Source: Eledone cirrhosa
Taxonomy: Eukaryota
Length of the DNA: 64,000 nucleotides
Assembly: GCA_964016885.1 (NCBI GenBank)
Contig: OZ024750.1
Location: 42,842,001-42,906,000 of the forward strand
Direction: 5' to 3'
Below the pieces are notes generated by a model. The model was given only the letters and a program-made list of their open reading frames with translations. It ran no database searches and was not told the DNA's origin. Below, piece after piece: positions 33,401 through 48,200 of the stretch (its first letter is position 1; every line of letters starts with the position of its first letter). The position numbers and the translations under genes are program-made.

Positions 33401-35570
33401 TCACAGTTGTCATCATCACAGTTGTCATCATCATTGTCATTGTCACCACCACAGTTGTCACCATCACAGTGGTCACCATCACAGTTGTCATCATCATTGT
33501 CATTGTCACCACCACAGTTGTCACCATCACAGTTGTCACCATCACAGTTGTCACCATCACAGTTGTCACCATCACAGTTGTCATCATCATTGTCATTGTC
33601 ACCACCTCAGTTGTCACCATCACAGTTGTCACCATCACAGTTGTCACCATCACAGTTGTCATCATCACAGTTGTCATCATCATTGTCATTGTCACCACCA
33701 CAGTTGTCACCATCACAGTTGTCACCATCACAGTTGTCATCATCATTGTCATTGTCACCACCACAGTTGTCACCATCACAGTTGTCACCATCACAGTTGT
33801 CACCATCACAGTTGTCACCATCACAGTTGTCATCATCACAGTTGTCATCATCATTGTCATTGTCACCACCACAGTTGTCACCATCACAGTTGTCACCATC
33901 ACAGTTGTCATCATCATTGTCATTGTCACCACCACAGTTGTCACCATCATAGTTGTCACCATCACAGTTGTCACCATCACAGTTGTCACCATCACAGTTG
34001 TCATCATCATTGTCATTGTCACCACCACAGTTGTCACCATCACAGTTGTCATCATCATTGTCATTGTCACCACCACAGTTGTCACAATCACAGTTGTCAC
34101 CATCACAGTTGTCATCATCATTGTCATTGTCACCACCACAGTTGTCACCATCACAGTTGTCACCATCACAGTTGTCATCATCATTGTCATTGTCACCACC
34201 ACAGTTGTCACCATCACAGTTGTCATCATCACAGTTGTCATCATCATTGTCATTGTCACCACCACAGTTGTCACCATCACAGTTGTCACCATCACTGTTG
34301 TCATCATCATTGTCATTGTCACCACCACAGTTGTCACCACCACAGTTGTCATCATCATTGTCATTGTCACCACCACAGTTGTCATCATCATTGTCACTGT
34401 CACCACCACAGTTGTCATCATCATTGTCATTGTCACCACCACAGTTGTCATCATCATTGTCATTGTCACCACCACAGTTGTCATCATCATTGTCACTGTC
34501 ACCACCACAGTTGTCATCATCATTGTCATTGTCACCACCACAGTTGTCATCATCATTGTCACTGTCACCACCAAAGTTGTCATCATCATTGTCACTGTCA
34601 CCACCGCAGTTGTCACCATCACAGTTGTCATCATCATTGTCATTGTCACCACCACAGTTGTCATCATCATTGTCACTGTCACCACCACAGTTGTCACCAT
34701 CACAGTTATCATTGTCATTGTCACCACCACAGTTGTCATCATCATTGTCATTGTCACCACCACAGTTGTCATCATCATTGTCACTGTCACCACCACAGTT
34801 GTCACCATCACAGTTGTCATCATCATTGTCACTGTCACCACCACAGTTGTCATCATCATTGTCACTGTCACCACCACAGTTGTCATCATCATTGTCACTG
34901 TCACCACCACAGTTGTCACCATCACAGTTGTCATCATCATTGTCACTGTCACCACTACAGTTGTCATCATCATTGTCACTGTCACCACCACAGTTGTCAC
35001 CATCACAGTTGTCATCATCATTGTCACTGTCACCACCACAGTTGTCATCATCATTGTCACTGTCACCACCACAGTTGTCATCATCATTGTCACTGTCACC
35101 ACCACAGTTGTCATCATCATTGTCACTGTCACCACCACAGTTGTCATCATCATTGTCATTGTCACCACCACAGTTGTCATCATCATTGTCACTGTCACCA
35201 CCACAGTTGTCATCATCATTGTCATTGTCATCACCACAGTTGTCATCATCATTGTCATTGTCACCACCACTGTTGTCATCATCATTGTCATTGTCACCAC
35301 CACAGTTGTCATCATCATTGTCATTGTCACCACCACAGTTGTCATCATCATTGTCATTGTCACCACCACAGTTGTCATCATCATTCTCACTGTCACCACC
35401 ACAGTTGTCATCATCATTGTCATTGTCACCACCACAGTTCTCATCATCATTGTCATTGTCACCACCACAGTTGTCATCATCATTGTCATTGTCACCACCA
35501 CAGTTGTCATCATCATTGTCATTGTCACCACCACAGTTGTCATCATCATTGTCACTGTCACCACCACAGT
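30450..35570. repeat. Near-perfect tandem duplication, period 2562 bp
   Basis: Offset 2562 for the stops at 30664/33226 and 31390/33952, for CCTCAG (31045/33607) and for CACACTT (about 30586/33148). Only a handful of differences were seen. Confidence 0.92.
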
Positions 35571-35749
35571 TGTCATCATCATTGTCACTGTCACCACCAC
35601 AGTTGTCATCATCATTGTCACTGTCACCACCACAGTTGTCATCATCATTGTCATTGTCACCACCACAGTTGTCATCATCATTGTAATTGTCACCACCACA
35701 GTTGTCATCATCATTGTCACTGTCACCACCACAGTTGTCATCATCATTG

Positions 35750-38700
35750 TCACTGTCACCACCGCAGTTGTCATCATCATCGTCACTGTCACCAACACAG
35801 TTGTCATCATCATTGTCATTGTCACCACCACAGTTGTCATCATCATTGTCATTGTCATCACCACAGTTGTCACCATCATTGTCATTGTCACCACCACAGT
35901 TGTCATCACTGTTGTCATTGTCACCACCACAGTTGTCATCATCATTGTCACTGTCACCACCACAGTTGTCATCATCATTGTTATTGTAACCACCACAGTT
36001 GTCATCATCATCGTCATTGTCACCACCACAGTTGTCACCATCATTGTCACTGTCACCACCACAGTTGTCATCATCATTGTCATTGTCACCACCACAGTTG
36101 TCATCATCATTGTCATTGTCACCACCACAGTTGTCACCATCATTGTCACTGTCACCACCACAGTTGTCATCATCATTGTCATTGTCACCACCACAGTTGT
36201 CATCATCATTGTCATTGTCACTACCACAGTTGTCATCATCATTGTCACAGTCACCAACACAGTTGTCATCATCATTGTCACTGTCACCAACACAGTTGTC
36301 ATCATCATTGTCACTGTCACCAACACAGTTGTCATAATCATTGTCATTGTCACCACCACAGTTGTCATCATCATTGTCATTGTCACCACCACAGTTGTCA
36401 TCATCATTGTCACTATCACCAACACAGTTGTCATCTTCATTGTCACTGTCACCAACACAGTTGTCATCATCATTGTCTTTGTCACCACCACAGTTGTCAT
36501 CATCATTGTCACTGTCACCACCACAGTTGTCATCATCATTGTCACTGTCACCACCACAGTTGTCATCATCATTGTCACTGTCACCACCACAGTTGTCATC
36601 ATCATTGTCATTGTCACCACCACAGTTGTCATCATCATTGTAATTGTCACCACCACAGTTGTCATCATCATTGTCACTGTCACCACCACAGTTGTCATCA
36701 TCATTGTCACTGTCACCACCACAGTTGTCATCATCATCGTCATTGTCATCACCACAGTTGTCATCATCATTGTCATTGTCATCACCACAGTTGTCACCAT
36801 CATTGTCACTGTCATCACCACAGTTGTTACCACCACAGTTGTCATCATCATCGTCATTGTCACCATCACAGTTGTCATCATTATTGTCACTGTCACCACC
36901 ACAGTTGTCATCATCATTGTCATTGTCACCACCACAGTTGTCATCATCATTGTAATTGTCACCACCACAGTTGTCATCATCATCGTCACTGTCACCAACA
37001 CAGTTGTCATCACTGTTGTCATTGTCACCACCACAGTTGTCATCATCATTGTCATTGTCACCACCACAGTTGTCATCATCATTGTCACTGTCACCACCAC
37101 AGTTGTCATCATCATTGTCATTGTCACCACCACAGTTGTCATCATCATTGTAATTGTCACCACCACAGTTGTCATCATCATTGTCACTGTCACCACCACA
37201 GTTGTCATCATCATTGTCACTGTCACCACCACAGTTGTCATTATCATTGTCATTGTCACCACCACAGTTGTCACCACCACAGTTGTCATCACTTTTGTCA
37301 TTGTCACCACCACAGTTGTCATCATCATTGTCACTGTCACCACCACAGTTGTCATCATCATTGTCATCGTCATCACCACAGTTGTCATCATCATTGTCAT
37401 TGTCACCACCACAGTTGTCATCATCATTGTCATTGTCACCAACACAGTTGTCATCATCATTGTCATTGTCACCACCACAGTTGTCATCATCATCGTCATT
37501 GTCACCACCACAGTTGTCATCATCATTGTCATTGTCACCACCACAGTTGTCATCATCATTTCTTTGTCACCACCACAGTTGTCATCATCATTGTCTTTGT
37601 CACCACCACAGTTGTCATCATCATTGTCTTTGTCACCACCACAGTTGTCATCATCATTGTCACTGTCACCAACACAGTTGTCATCATCATTGTCTTTGTC
37701 ACCACCACAGTTGTCACCATCATTGTCATTGTCATCACCACAGTTGTCATCATCATTGTCACTGTCACCACCACAGTTGTCATCATCATTGTCTTTGTCA
37801 CCAACACAGTTGTCATCATCATTGTCATTGTCACCAACACAGTTGTCATCATCATTGTCATTGTCACCAACACAGTTGTCATCATCATTGTCATTGTCAC
37901 CACCACAGTTATCATTGTCATTGTCACCACCACAGTTGTCATCATCATTGTCATTGTCACCACCACAGTTGTCATCGTCATTGTCACTGTCACCACCACA
38001 GTTGTCATCATCATTGTCTTTGTCACCACCACAGTTGTCATCATCATTGTCACTGTCACCACCACAGTTGTCATCATCATTGTCTTTGTCACCAACACAG
38101 TTATCATCATCATTGTCATTGTCACCAACACAGTTGTCATCATCATTGTCATTGTCACCAACACAGTTGTCATCATCATTGTCATTGTCACCACCACAGT
38201 TATCATTGTCATTGTCACCACCACAGTTGTCATCATCATTGTCATTGTCACCACCACAGTTGTCATCATCATTGTCACTGTCACCACCACAGTTGTCATC
38301 ATCATTGTCACTGTCACCACCACAGTTGTCATCATCATTGTCACTGTCACCAACACAGTTGTCATCATCATTGTCACTGTCACCACCACAGTTGTCATCA
38401 TCATTGTCACTGTCACCACCACAGTTGTCATCATCAACGTCATTGTCACCACCACAGTTGTCATCATCATTGTAATTGTCACCACCACAGTTGTCATCAT
38501 CATCGTCACTGTCACCAACACAGTTGTCATCATCATTGTCATTGTCACCACCACAGTTGTCATCATCATTGTCATTGTCACCACCACAGTTGTCATCATC
38601 ATTGACATTGTCACCACCACAGTTGTCATCACTGTTGTCATTGTCACCACCACAGTTGTCATCATCATTGTCATTGTCACCACCACAGTTGTCATCATCA

Positions 38701-41700
38701 TCGTCAGTGTCACCACCACAGTTGTCACCATCATTGTCACTGTCACCACCACAGTTGTCATCATCATTGTCATTGTCACCACCACAGTTGTCATCATCAT
38801 TGTCATTGTCACCACCACAGTTGTCACCATCATTGTCACTGTCACCACCACAGTTGTCATCATCATTGTCATTGTCACCACCACAGTTGTCATCATCATT
38901 GTTATTGTCACTACCACAGTTGTCATCATCATTGTCACTGTCACCAACACAGTTGTCATCATCATTGTCACTGTCACCACCACAGTTGTCATCATCATTG
39001 TCACTGTCACCACCACAGTTGTCATCATCATTGTCACTGTCACCACCGCAGTTGTCATCATCATCGTCACTGTCACCAACACAGTTGTCATCATCATTGT
39101 CATTGTCACCACCACAGTTGTCATCATCATTGTCATTGTCATCACCACAGTTGTCACCATCATTGTCATTGTCACCACCACAGTTGTCATCACTGTTGTC
39201 ATTGTCACCACCACAGTTGTCATCATCATTGTCATTGTCATCACCACAGTTGTCATCATCATCGTCATTGTCACCACCACAGTTGTCACCATCATTGTCA
39301 CTGTCACCACCACAGTTGTCATCATTATTGTCATTGTCACCACCACAGTTGTCATCATCATTGTCATTGTCACCACCACAGTTGTCACCATCATTGTCAC
39401 TGTCACCACCACAGTTGTCATCATCATTGTCATTGTCACCACCACAGTTGTCATCATCATTGTCATTGTCACTACCACAGTTGTCATCATCATTGTCACA
39501 GTCACCAACACAGTTGTCATCATCATTGTCACTGTCACCAACACAGTTGTCATCATCATTGTCACTGTCACCAACACAGTTGTCATAATCATTGTCATTG
39601 TCACCACCACAGTTGTCATCATCATTGTCATTGTCACCACCACAGTTGTCATCATCATTGTCACTATCACCAACACAGTTGTCATCATCATTTTCACTGT
39701 CACCAACACAGTTGTCATCATCATTGTCTTTGTCACCACCACAGTTGTCATCATCATTGTCACTGTCACCACCACAGTTGTCATCATCATTGTCACTGTC
39801 ACCACCACAGTTGTCATCATCATTGTCACTGTCACCACCACAGTTGTCATCATCATTGTCATTGTCACCACCACAGTTGTCATCATCATTGTAATTGTCA
39901 CCACCACAGTTGTCATCATCATTGTCACTGTCACCACCACAGTTGTCATCATCATTGTCACTGTCACCACCACAGTTGTCATCATCATCGTCATTGTCAT
40001 CACCACAGTTGTCATCATCATTGTCATTGTCATCACCACAGTTGTCACCATCATTGTCACTGTCATCACCACAGTTGTTACCACCACAGTTGTCATCATC
40101 ATCGTCATTGTCACCATCACAGTTGTCATCATTATTGTCACTGTCACCACCACAGTTGTCATCATCATTGTCATTGTCACCACCACAGTTGTCATCATCA
40201 TTGTAATTGTCACCACCACAGTTGTCATCATCATCGTCACTGTCACCAACACAGTTGTCATCACTGTTGTCATTGTCACCACCACAGTTGTCATCATCAT
40301 TGTCATTGTCACCACCACAGTTGTCATCATCATTGTCACTGTCACCACCACAGTTGTCATCATCATTGTCATTGTCACCACCACAGTTGTCATCATCATT
40401 GTAATTGTCACCACCACAGTTGTCATCATCATTGTCACTGTCACCACCACAGTTGTCATCATCATTGTCACTGTCACCACCACAGTTGTCATTATCATTG
40501 TCATTGTCACCACCACAGTTGTCACCACCACAGTTGTCATCACTTTTGTCATTGTCACCACCACAGTTGTCATCATCATTGTCACTGTCACCACCACAGT
40601 TGTCATCATCATTGTCATCGTCATCACCACAGTTGTCATCGTCATTGTCACCACCACAGTTGTCATCATCATTGTCATTGTCACCAACACAGTTGTCATC
40701 ATCATTGTCATTGTCACCACCACAGTTGTCATCATCATCGTCATTGTCACCACCACAGTTGTCATCATCATTGTCATTGTCACCACCACAGTTGTCATCA
40801 TCATTGTCTTTGTCACCACCACAGTTGTCATCATCATTGTCTTTGTCACCACCACAGTTGTCATCATCATTGTCTTTGTCACCACCACAGTTGTCATCAT
40901 CATTGTCACTGTCACCAACACAGTTGTCATCATCATTGTCTTTGTCACCACCACAGTTGTCACCATCATTGTCATTGTCATCACCACAGTTGTCATCATC
41001 ATTGTCACTGTCACCACCACAGTTGTCATCATCATTGTCTTTGTCACCAACACAGTTGTCATCATCATTGTCATTGTCACCAACACAGTTGTCATCATCA
41101 TTGTCATTGTCACCAACACAGTTGTCATCATCATTGTCATTGTCACCACCACAGTTATCATTGTCATTGTCACCACCACAGTTGTCATCATCATTGTCAT
41201 TGTCACCACCACAGTTGTCATCGTCATTGTCACTGTCACCACCACAGTTGTCATCATCATTGTCTTTGTCACCACCACAGTTGTCATCATCATTGTCACT
41301 GTCACCACCACAGTTGTCATCATCATTGTCTTTGTCACCAACACAGTTATCATCATCATTGTCATTGTCACCAACACAGTTGTCATCATCATTGTCATTG
41401 TCACCAACACAGTTGTCATCATCATTGTCATTGTCACCACCACAGTTATCATTGTCATTGTCACCACCACAGTTGTCATCATCATTGTCATTGTCACCAC
41501 CACAGTTGTCATCATCATTGTCACTGTCACCACCACAGTTGTCATCATCATTGTCACTGTCACCACCACAGTTGTCATCATCATTGTCACTGTCACCAAC
41601 ACAGTTGTCATCATCATTGTCACTGTCACCACCACAGTTGTCATCATCATTGTCACTGTCACCACCACAGTTGTCATCATCAACGTCATTGTCACCACCA

Positions 41701-42250
41701 CAGTTGTCATCATCATTGTAATTGTCACCACCACAGTTGTCATCATCATCGTCACTGTCACCAACACAGTTGTCATCATCATTGTCATTGTCACCACCAC
41801 AGTTGTCATCATCATTGTCATTGTCATCACCACAGTTGTCACCATCATTGACATTGTCACCACCACAGTTGTCATCACTGTTGTCATTGTCACCACCACA
41901 GTTGTCATCATCATTGTCATTGTCACCACCACAGTTGTCATCATCATCGTCATTGTCACCACCACAGTTGTCACCATCATTGTCACTGTCACCACCACAG
42001 TTGTCATCATCATTGTCATTGTCACCACCACAGTTGTCATCATCATTGTCATTGTCACCACCACAGTTGTCACCATCATTGTCACTGTCACCACCACAGT
42101 TGTCATCATCATTGTCATTGTCACCACCACAGTTGTCATCATCATTGTTATTGTCACTACCACAGTTGTCATCATCATTGTCACTGTCACCAACACAGTT
42201 GTCATCATCATTGTCACTGTCACCACCACAGTTGTCATCATCATTGTCAC
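35750..42250. repeat. Tandem duplication, period about 3.25 kb, with a partial third copy at about 43.05-44.4 kb
   Basis: Stops at 36337/39588, 36643/39894, 36955/40206 and 37153/40404 have offset 3251. Stops at 38475/41721 have offset 3246. A third matching stop context is at 44146. Confidence 0.9.
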
Positions 42251-45200
42251 TGTCACCACCACAGTTGTCATCATCATTGTCACTGTCACCACCACAGTTG
42301 TCATCATCATTGTCACTGTCACCACCACAGTTGTCATCATCATTATCATTGTCACCACCACAGTTGTCATCATCATTGTAATTGTCACCACCACAGTTGT
42401 CATCATCATTGTCATTGTCACCACCACAGTTGTCATCATCATTGTAATTGTCACCACCACAGTTGTCATCATCATCGTCATTGTCACCACCACAGTTGTC
42501 ATCATCATTGTCATTGTCATCACCACAGTTGTCACCATCATTGTCACTGTCATCACCACAGTTGTCACCACCACAGTTGTCATCATCATCGTCATTGTCA
42601 CCATCACAGTTGTCATCATCATTGTCACTGTCACCACCACAGTTGTCATCATCATTGTCATTGTCACCACCACAGTTGTCATCATCATCGTCATTGTCAC
42701 CACCACAGTTGTCATCATCATTGTAATTGTCACCACCACAGTTGTCATCATCATCGTCATTGTCACCACCACAGTTGTCATCATCATTGTCATTGTCATC
42801 ACCACAGTTGTAACCATCATTGTCACTGTCATCACCACAGTTTTCACCACCACAGTTGTCATCATCATCGTCATTGTCACCATCACAGTTGTCATCATCA
42901 GTGTCACTGTCACCACCACAGTTGTCATCATCATTGTCATTGTCACCACCACAGTTGTCATCATCATTGTCATTGTCACCACCACAGTTGTCATCATCAT
43001 CGTCATTGTCACCACCACAGTTGTCATCATCATTGTCATTGTCACCACCACAGTTGTCATCATCATTGTCTTTGTCACCACCACAATTGTCATCATCATT
43101 GTCTTTGTCACCACCACAGTTGTCATCATCATTGTCTTTGTCACCACCACAGTTGTCATCATCATTGTCTTTGTCACCACCACAGTTGTCATCATCATTG
43201 TCAGTCACCAACACAGTTGTCATCATCATTGTCTTTGTCACCACCACAGTTGTCACCATCATTGTCATTGTCATCACCACAGTTGTCATCATCATTGTCA
43301 CTGTCACCACCACAGTTGTCATCATCATTGTCTTTGTCACCAACACGGTTGTCATCATCATTGTCATTGTCACCAACACAGTTGTCATCATCATTGTCAT
43401 TGTCACCAACACAGTTGTCATCATCATTGTCATTGTCACCACCACAGTTATCATTGTCATTGTCACCACCACAGTTGTCATCATCATTGTCATTGTCACC
43501 ACCACAGTTGTCATCGTCATTGTCACTGTCACCACCACAGTTGTCATCATCATTGTCTTTGTCACCACCACAGTTGTCATCATCATTGTCACTGTCACCA
43601 CCACAGTTGTCATCATCATTGTCTTTGTCACCAACACAGTTGTCATCATCATTGTCATTGTCACCAACACAGTTGTCATCATCATTGTCATTGTCACCAA
43701 CACAGTTGTCATCATCATTGTCATTGTCACCACCACAGTTATCATTGTCATTGTCACCACCACAGTTGTCATCATCATTGTCATTGTCACCACCACAGTT
43801 GTCACCATCATTGTCACTGTCACCACCACAGTTGTCATCATCATTGTCACTGTCACCACCACAGTTGCCATCATCATTGTCACTGTCACCACCACAGTTG
43901 TCATCATCATTGTCACTGTCACCACCACAGTTGTCATCATCATTGTCTTTGTCACCACCACAGTTGTCATCATCATTGTCACTGTCACCACCACAGTTGT
44001 CATCATCATTGTCTTTGTCACCAACACAGTTGTCATCATCATTGTCACTGTCACCACCACAGTTGTCATCATCATTGTCACTGTCACAACCACAGTTGTC
44101 ATCATCAACGTCATTGTCACCACCACAGTTGTCATCATCATTGTAATTGTCACCACCACAGTTGTCATCATCATCGTCACTGTCACCAACACAGTTGTCA
44201 TCATCATTGTCATTGTCACCACCACAGTTGTCATCATCATTGTCATTGTCATCACCACAGTTGTCACCATCATTGACATTGTCACCACCACAGTTGTCAT
44301 CACTGTTGTCATTGTCACCACCACAGTTGTCATCATCATTGTCATTGTCACCACCACAGTTGTCACCATCATTGTCACTGTCACCACCACAGTTGTCATC
44401 ATCATTGTCATTGTCACCACCACAGTTGTCATCATCACCACAGTTGTCACCACCACAGTTGTCATCATCATCGTCATTGTCACCACCACAGTTGTCACCA
44501 TCATTGTCACTGTCACCACCACAGTTGTCATCATCATTGTCATTGTCACCACCACAGTTGTCAACATCATTGTCATTGTCACCACCACAGTTGTCACCAT
44601 CATCGTCACTGTCACCACCACAGTTGTCATCATCATTGTCATTGTCACCACCACAGTTGTCATCATCATTGTTATTGTCACTACCACAGTTGTCATCATC
44701 ATTGTCACTGTCACCAACACGGTTGTCATCATCATTGTCACTGTCACCAACACAGTTGTCATCATCATTGTCACTGTCACCAACACAGTTGTCATCATCA
44801 TTGTCATTGTCACCACCACAGTTGTCATCATCATTGTCATTGTCACCACCACAGTTGTCATCATCATTGTCACTGTCACCAACACAGTTGTCATCATCAT
44901 TGTCACTGTCACCAACACAGTTGTCATCATCATTGTCACTGTCACCACCACAGTTGTCATCATCATTGTCACTGTCACCACCACAGTTGTCATCATCATT
45001 GTCACTGTCACCACCACAGTTGTCATCATCATTGTCACTGTCACCACCACAGTTGTCATCATCATTGTCATTGTCACCACCACAGTTGTCATCATCATTG
45101 TAATTGTCACCACCACAGTTGTCATCATCATTGTCATTGTCACCACCACAGTTGTCATCATCATCGTCATTGTCACCACCACAGTTGTCATCATCATTGT

Positions 45201-48200
45201 CATTGTCATCACCACAGTTGTCACCATCATTGTCACTGTCATCACCACAGTTGTCACCACCACAGTTGTCATCATCATCGTCATTGTCACCATCACAGTT
45301 GTCATCATCATTGTCACTGTCACCACCACAGTTGTCATCATCATTGTCATTGTCACCACCACAGTTGTCATCATCATCGTCATTGTCACCACCACAGTTG
45401 TCATCATCATTGTAATTGTCACCACCACAGTTGTCATCATCATCGTCATTGTCACCACCACAGTTGTCATCATCATTGTCATTGTCATCACCACAGTTGT
45501 CACCATCATTGTCATTGTCACTACCACAGTTGTCATCATCATTGTCACTGTCACCACCACAGTTGTCATCATCATTGTCACTGTCACCACCACAGTTGTC
45601 ATCATCATTGTAATTGTCACCACCACAGTTGTCATCATCATCGTCACTGTCACCAACACAGTTGTCATCACTGTTGTCATTGTCACCACCACAGTTGTCA
45701 TCATCATTGTCATTGTCACCACCACAGTTGTCATCATCATTGTCACTGTCACCACCACAGTTGTCATCATCATTGTCACTGTCACCACCACAGTTGTCAT
45801 CATCATTGTCACTGTCACCACCACAGTTGTCATTATCATCGTCATTGTCACCACCACAGTTGTCACCATCATTGTCATTGTCACCACCACAGTTGTCATC
45901 ATCATCGTCATTGTCACCACCACAGTTATCATCATCATTGTCATTGTCACCACCACAGTTGTCACCACCACAGTTGTCATCACTTTTGCCATTGTCACCA
46001 CCACAGTTGTCATCATCATTGTCACTGTCACCACCACAGTTGTCATCATCATTGTCATTGTCATCACCACAGTTGTCATCATCATTGTCATTGTCACCAC
46101 CACAGTTGTCATCATCATTGTCATTGTCACCAACACAGTTGTCATCATCATTGTCATTGTCACCACCACAGTTGTCATCATCATCGTCATTGTCACCACC
46201 ACAGTTGTCATCATCATTGTCATTGTCACCACCACAGTTGTCATCATCATTGTCTTTGTCACCACCACAGTTGTCATCATCATTGTCTTTGTCACCACCA
46301 CAGTTGTCATCATCATTGTCTTTGTCACCACCATGGTTGTCATCATCATTGTCTTTGTCACCACCACAGTTGTCATCATCATTGTCACTGTCACCAACAC
46401 AGTTGTCATCATCATTGTCTTTGTCACCACCACAGTTGTCACCATCATTGTCATTGTCATCACCACAGTTGTCATCATCATTGTCACTGTCACCACCACA
46501 GTTGTCATCATCATTGTCTTTGTCACCAACACAGTTGTCATCATCATTGTCATTGTCACCAACACAGTTGTCATCATCATTGTCATTGTCACCACCACAG
46601 TTATCATTGTCATTGTCACCACCACAGTTGTCATCATCATTGTCACTGTCACCACCACAGTTGTCATCATCATTGTCTTTGTCACCACCACAGTTGTCAT
46701 CATCATTGTCACTGTCACCACCACATTTGTCATCATCATTGTCTTTGTCACCAACACAGTTGTCATCATCATTGTCATTGTCACCAACACAGTTGTCATC
46801 ATCATTGTCATTGTCACCAACACAGTTGTCATCATCATTGTCATTGTCACCACCACAGTTATCATTGTCATTGTCACCACCACAGTTGTCATCATCATTG
46901 TCATTGTCACCACCACAGTTGTCACCATCATTGTCACTGTCACCACCACAGTTGTCATCATCATTGTCACTGTCACCACCACAGTTGTCATCATCATTGT
47001 CACTGTCACCACCACAGTTGTCATCATCATTGTCACTGTCACCACCACAGTTGTCATCATCATTGTCTTTGTCACCACCACAGTTGTCATCATCATTGTC
47101 ACTGTCACCACCACAGTTGTCATCATCATTGTCTTTGTCACCAACACAGTTGTCATCATCATTGTCATTGTCACCAACACAGTTGTCATCATCATTGTCA
47201 TTGTCACCAACACAATTGTCATCATCATTGTCATTGTCACCACCACAGTTATCATTGTCATTGTCACCACCACAGTTGTCATCATCATTGTCATTGTCAC
47301 CACCACAGTTGTCATCATCATTGTCATTGTCACCACCACAGTTGTCATCATCATTGTCATTGTCACCACCACAGTTGTCATCATCATTGTCATTGTCACC
47401 ACCACAGTTGTCATCATCATTGTCACTGTCACCACCACAGTTGTCATCATCATTGTCACTGTCACCACCACAGTTGTCATCATCATTGTCACTGTCACCA
47501 CCACAGTTGTCATCATCATTGTCATTGTCACCACCACAGTTGTCATCATCATTGTCATTGTCACCACCACAGTTGTCATCATCATCTTCATTGTCACCAC
47601 CACAGTTGTCATCATCATCGTCATTGTCACCACCACAGTTGTCATCATCATTGTCACTGTCACCACCACAGTTGTCATCATCATTGTCTTTGTCACCACC
47701 ACAGTTGTCATCATCATTGTCACTGTCACCACCACAGTTGTCATCATCATTGTCTTTGTCACCAACACAGTTGTCATCATCATTGTCATTGTCACCAACA
47801 CAGTTGTCATCATCATTGTCATTGTCACCAACACAATTGTCATCATCATTGTCATTGTCACCACCACAGTTATCATTGTCATTGTCACCACCACAGTTGT
47901 CATCATCATTGTCATTGTCACCACCACAGTTGTCATCATCATTGTCATTGTCATCACCACAGTTGTCATCATCATTGTCTTTGTCACCAACACAGTTGTC
48001 ATCATCATTGTCATTGTCACCACCACAGTTATCATTGTCATTGTCACCACCACAGTTGTCATTGTCATTGTCACCACCACAGTTGTCATCATCATTGTCA
48101 TTGTCACCACCACAGTTGTCATCATCATTGTCACTGTCACCACCACAGTTGTCATCATCATTGTCTTTGTCACTACCACAGTTGTCATCATCATTGTCAT

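Larger units (their letters stand above)
1..35010. repeat. Left sub-array: mosaic of 33-mers and 15-mers (CACAGTTGTCACCAT and CACAGTTGTCATCAT)
   Basis: Runs of 1-6 15-mers alternate with tracts of pure 33-mer. The last CACAGTTGTCACCAT 15-mer I saw is at about 34989-35003. The GTTATT variant is common up to about 28 kb. Confidence 0.93.

Noticed and set aside
4547-44276. Giant plus-strand Val/Ile/Thr and His/Cys ORFs (6552, 7208 and 4423 aa), superficially hydrophobic or metal-binding
   Set aside because: The Val/Ile/Thr consensus codons cannot reach a stop by one substitution, so openness is trivial. The ORFs are chimeras that change frame at indels. The His/Cys frame has TGA stops (for example 38605 and 44276).
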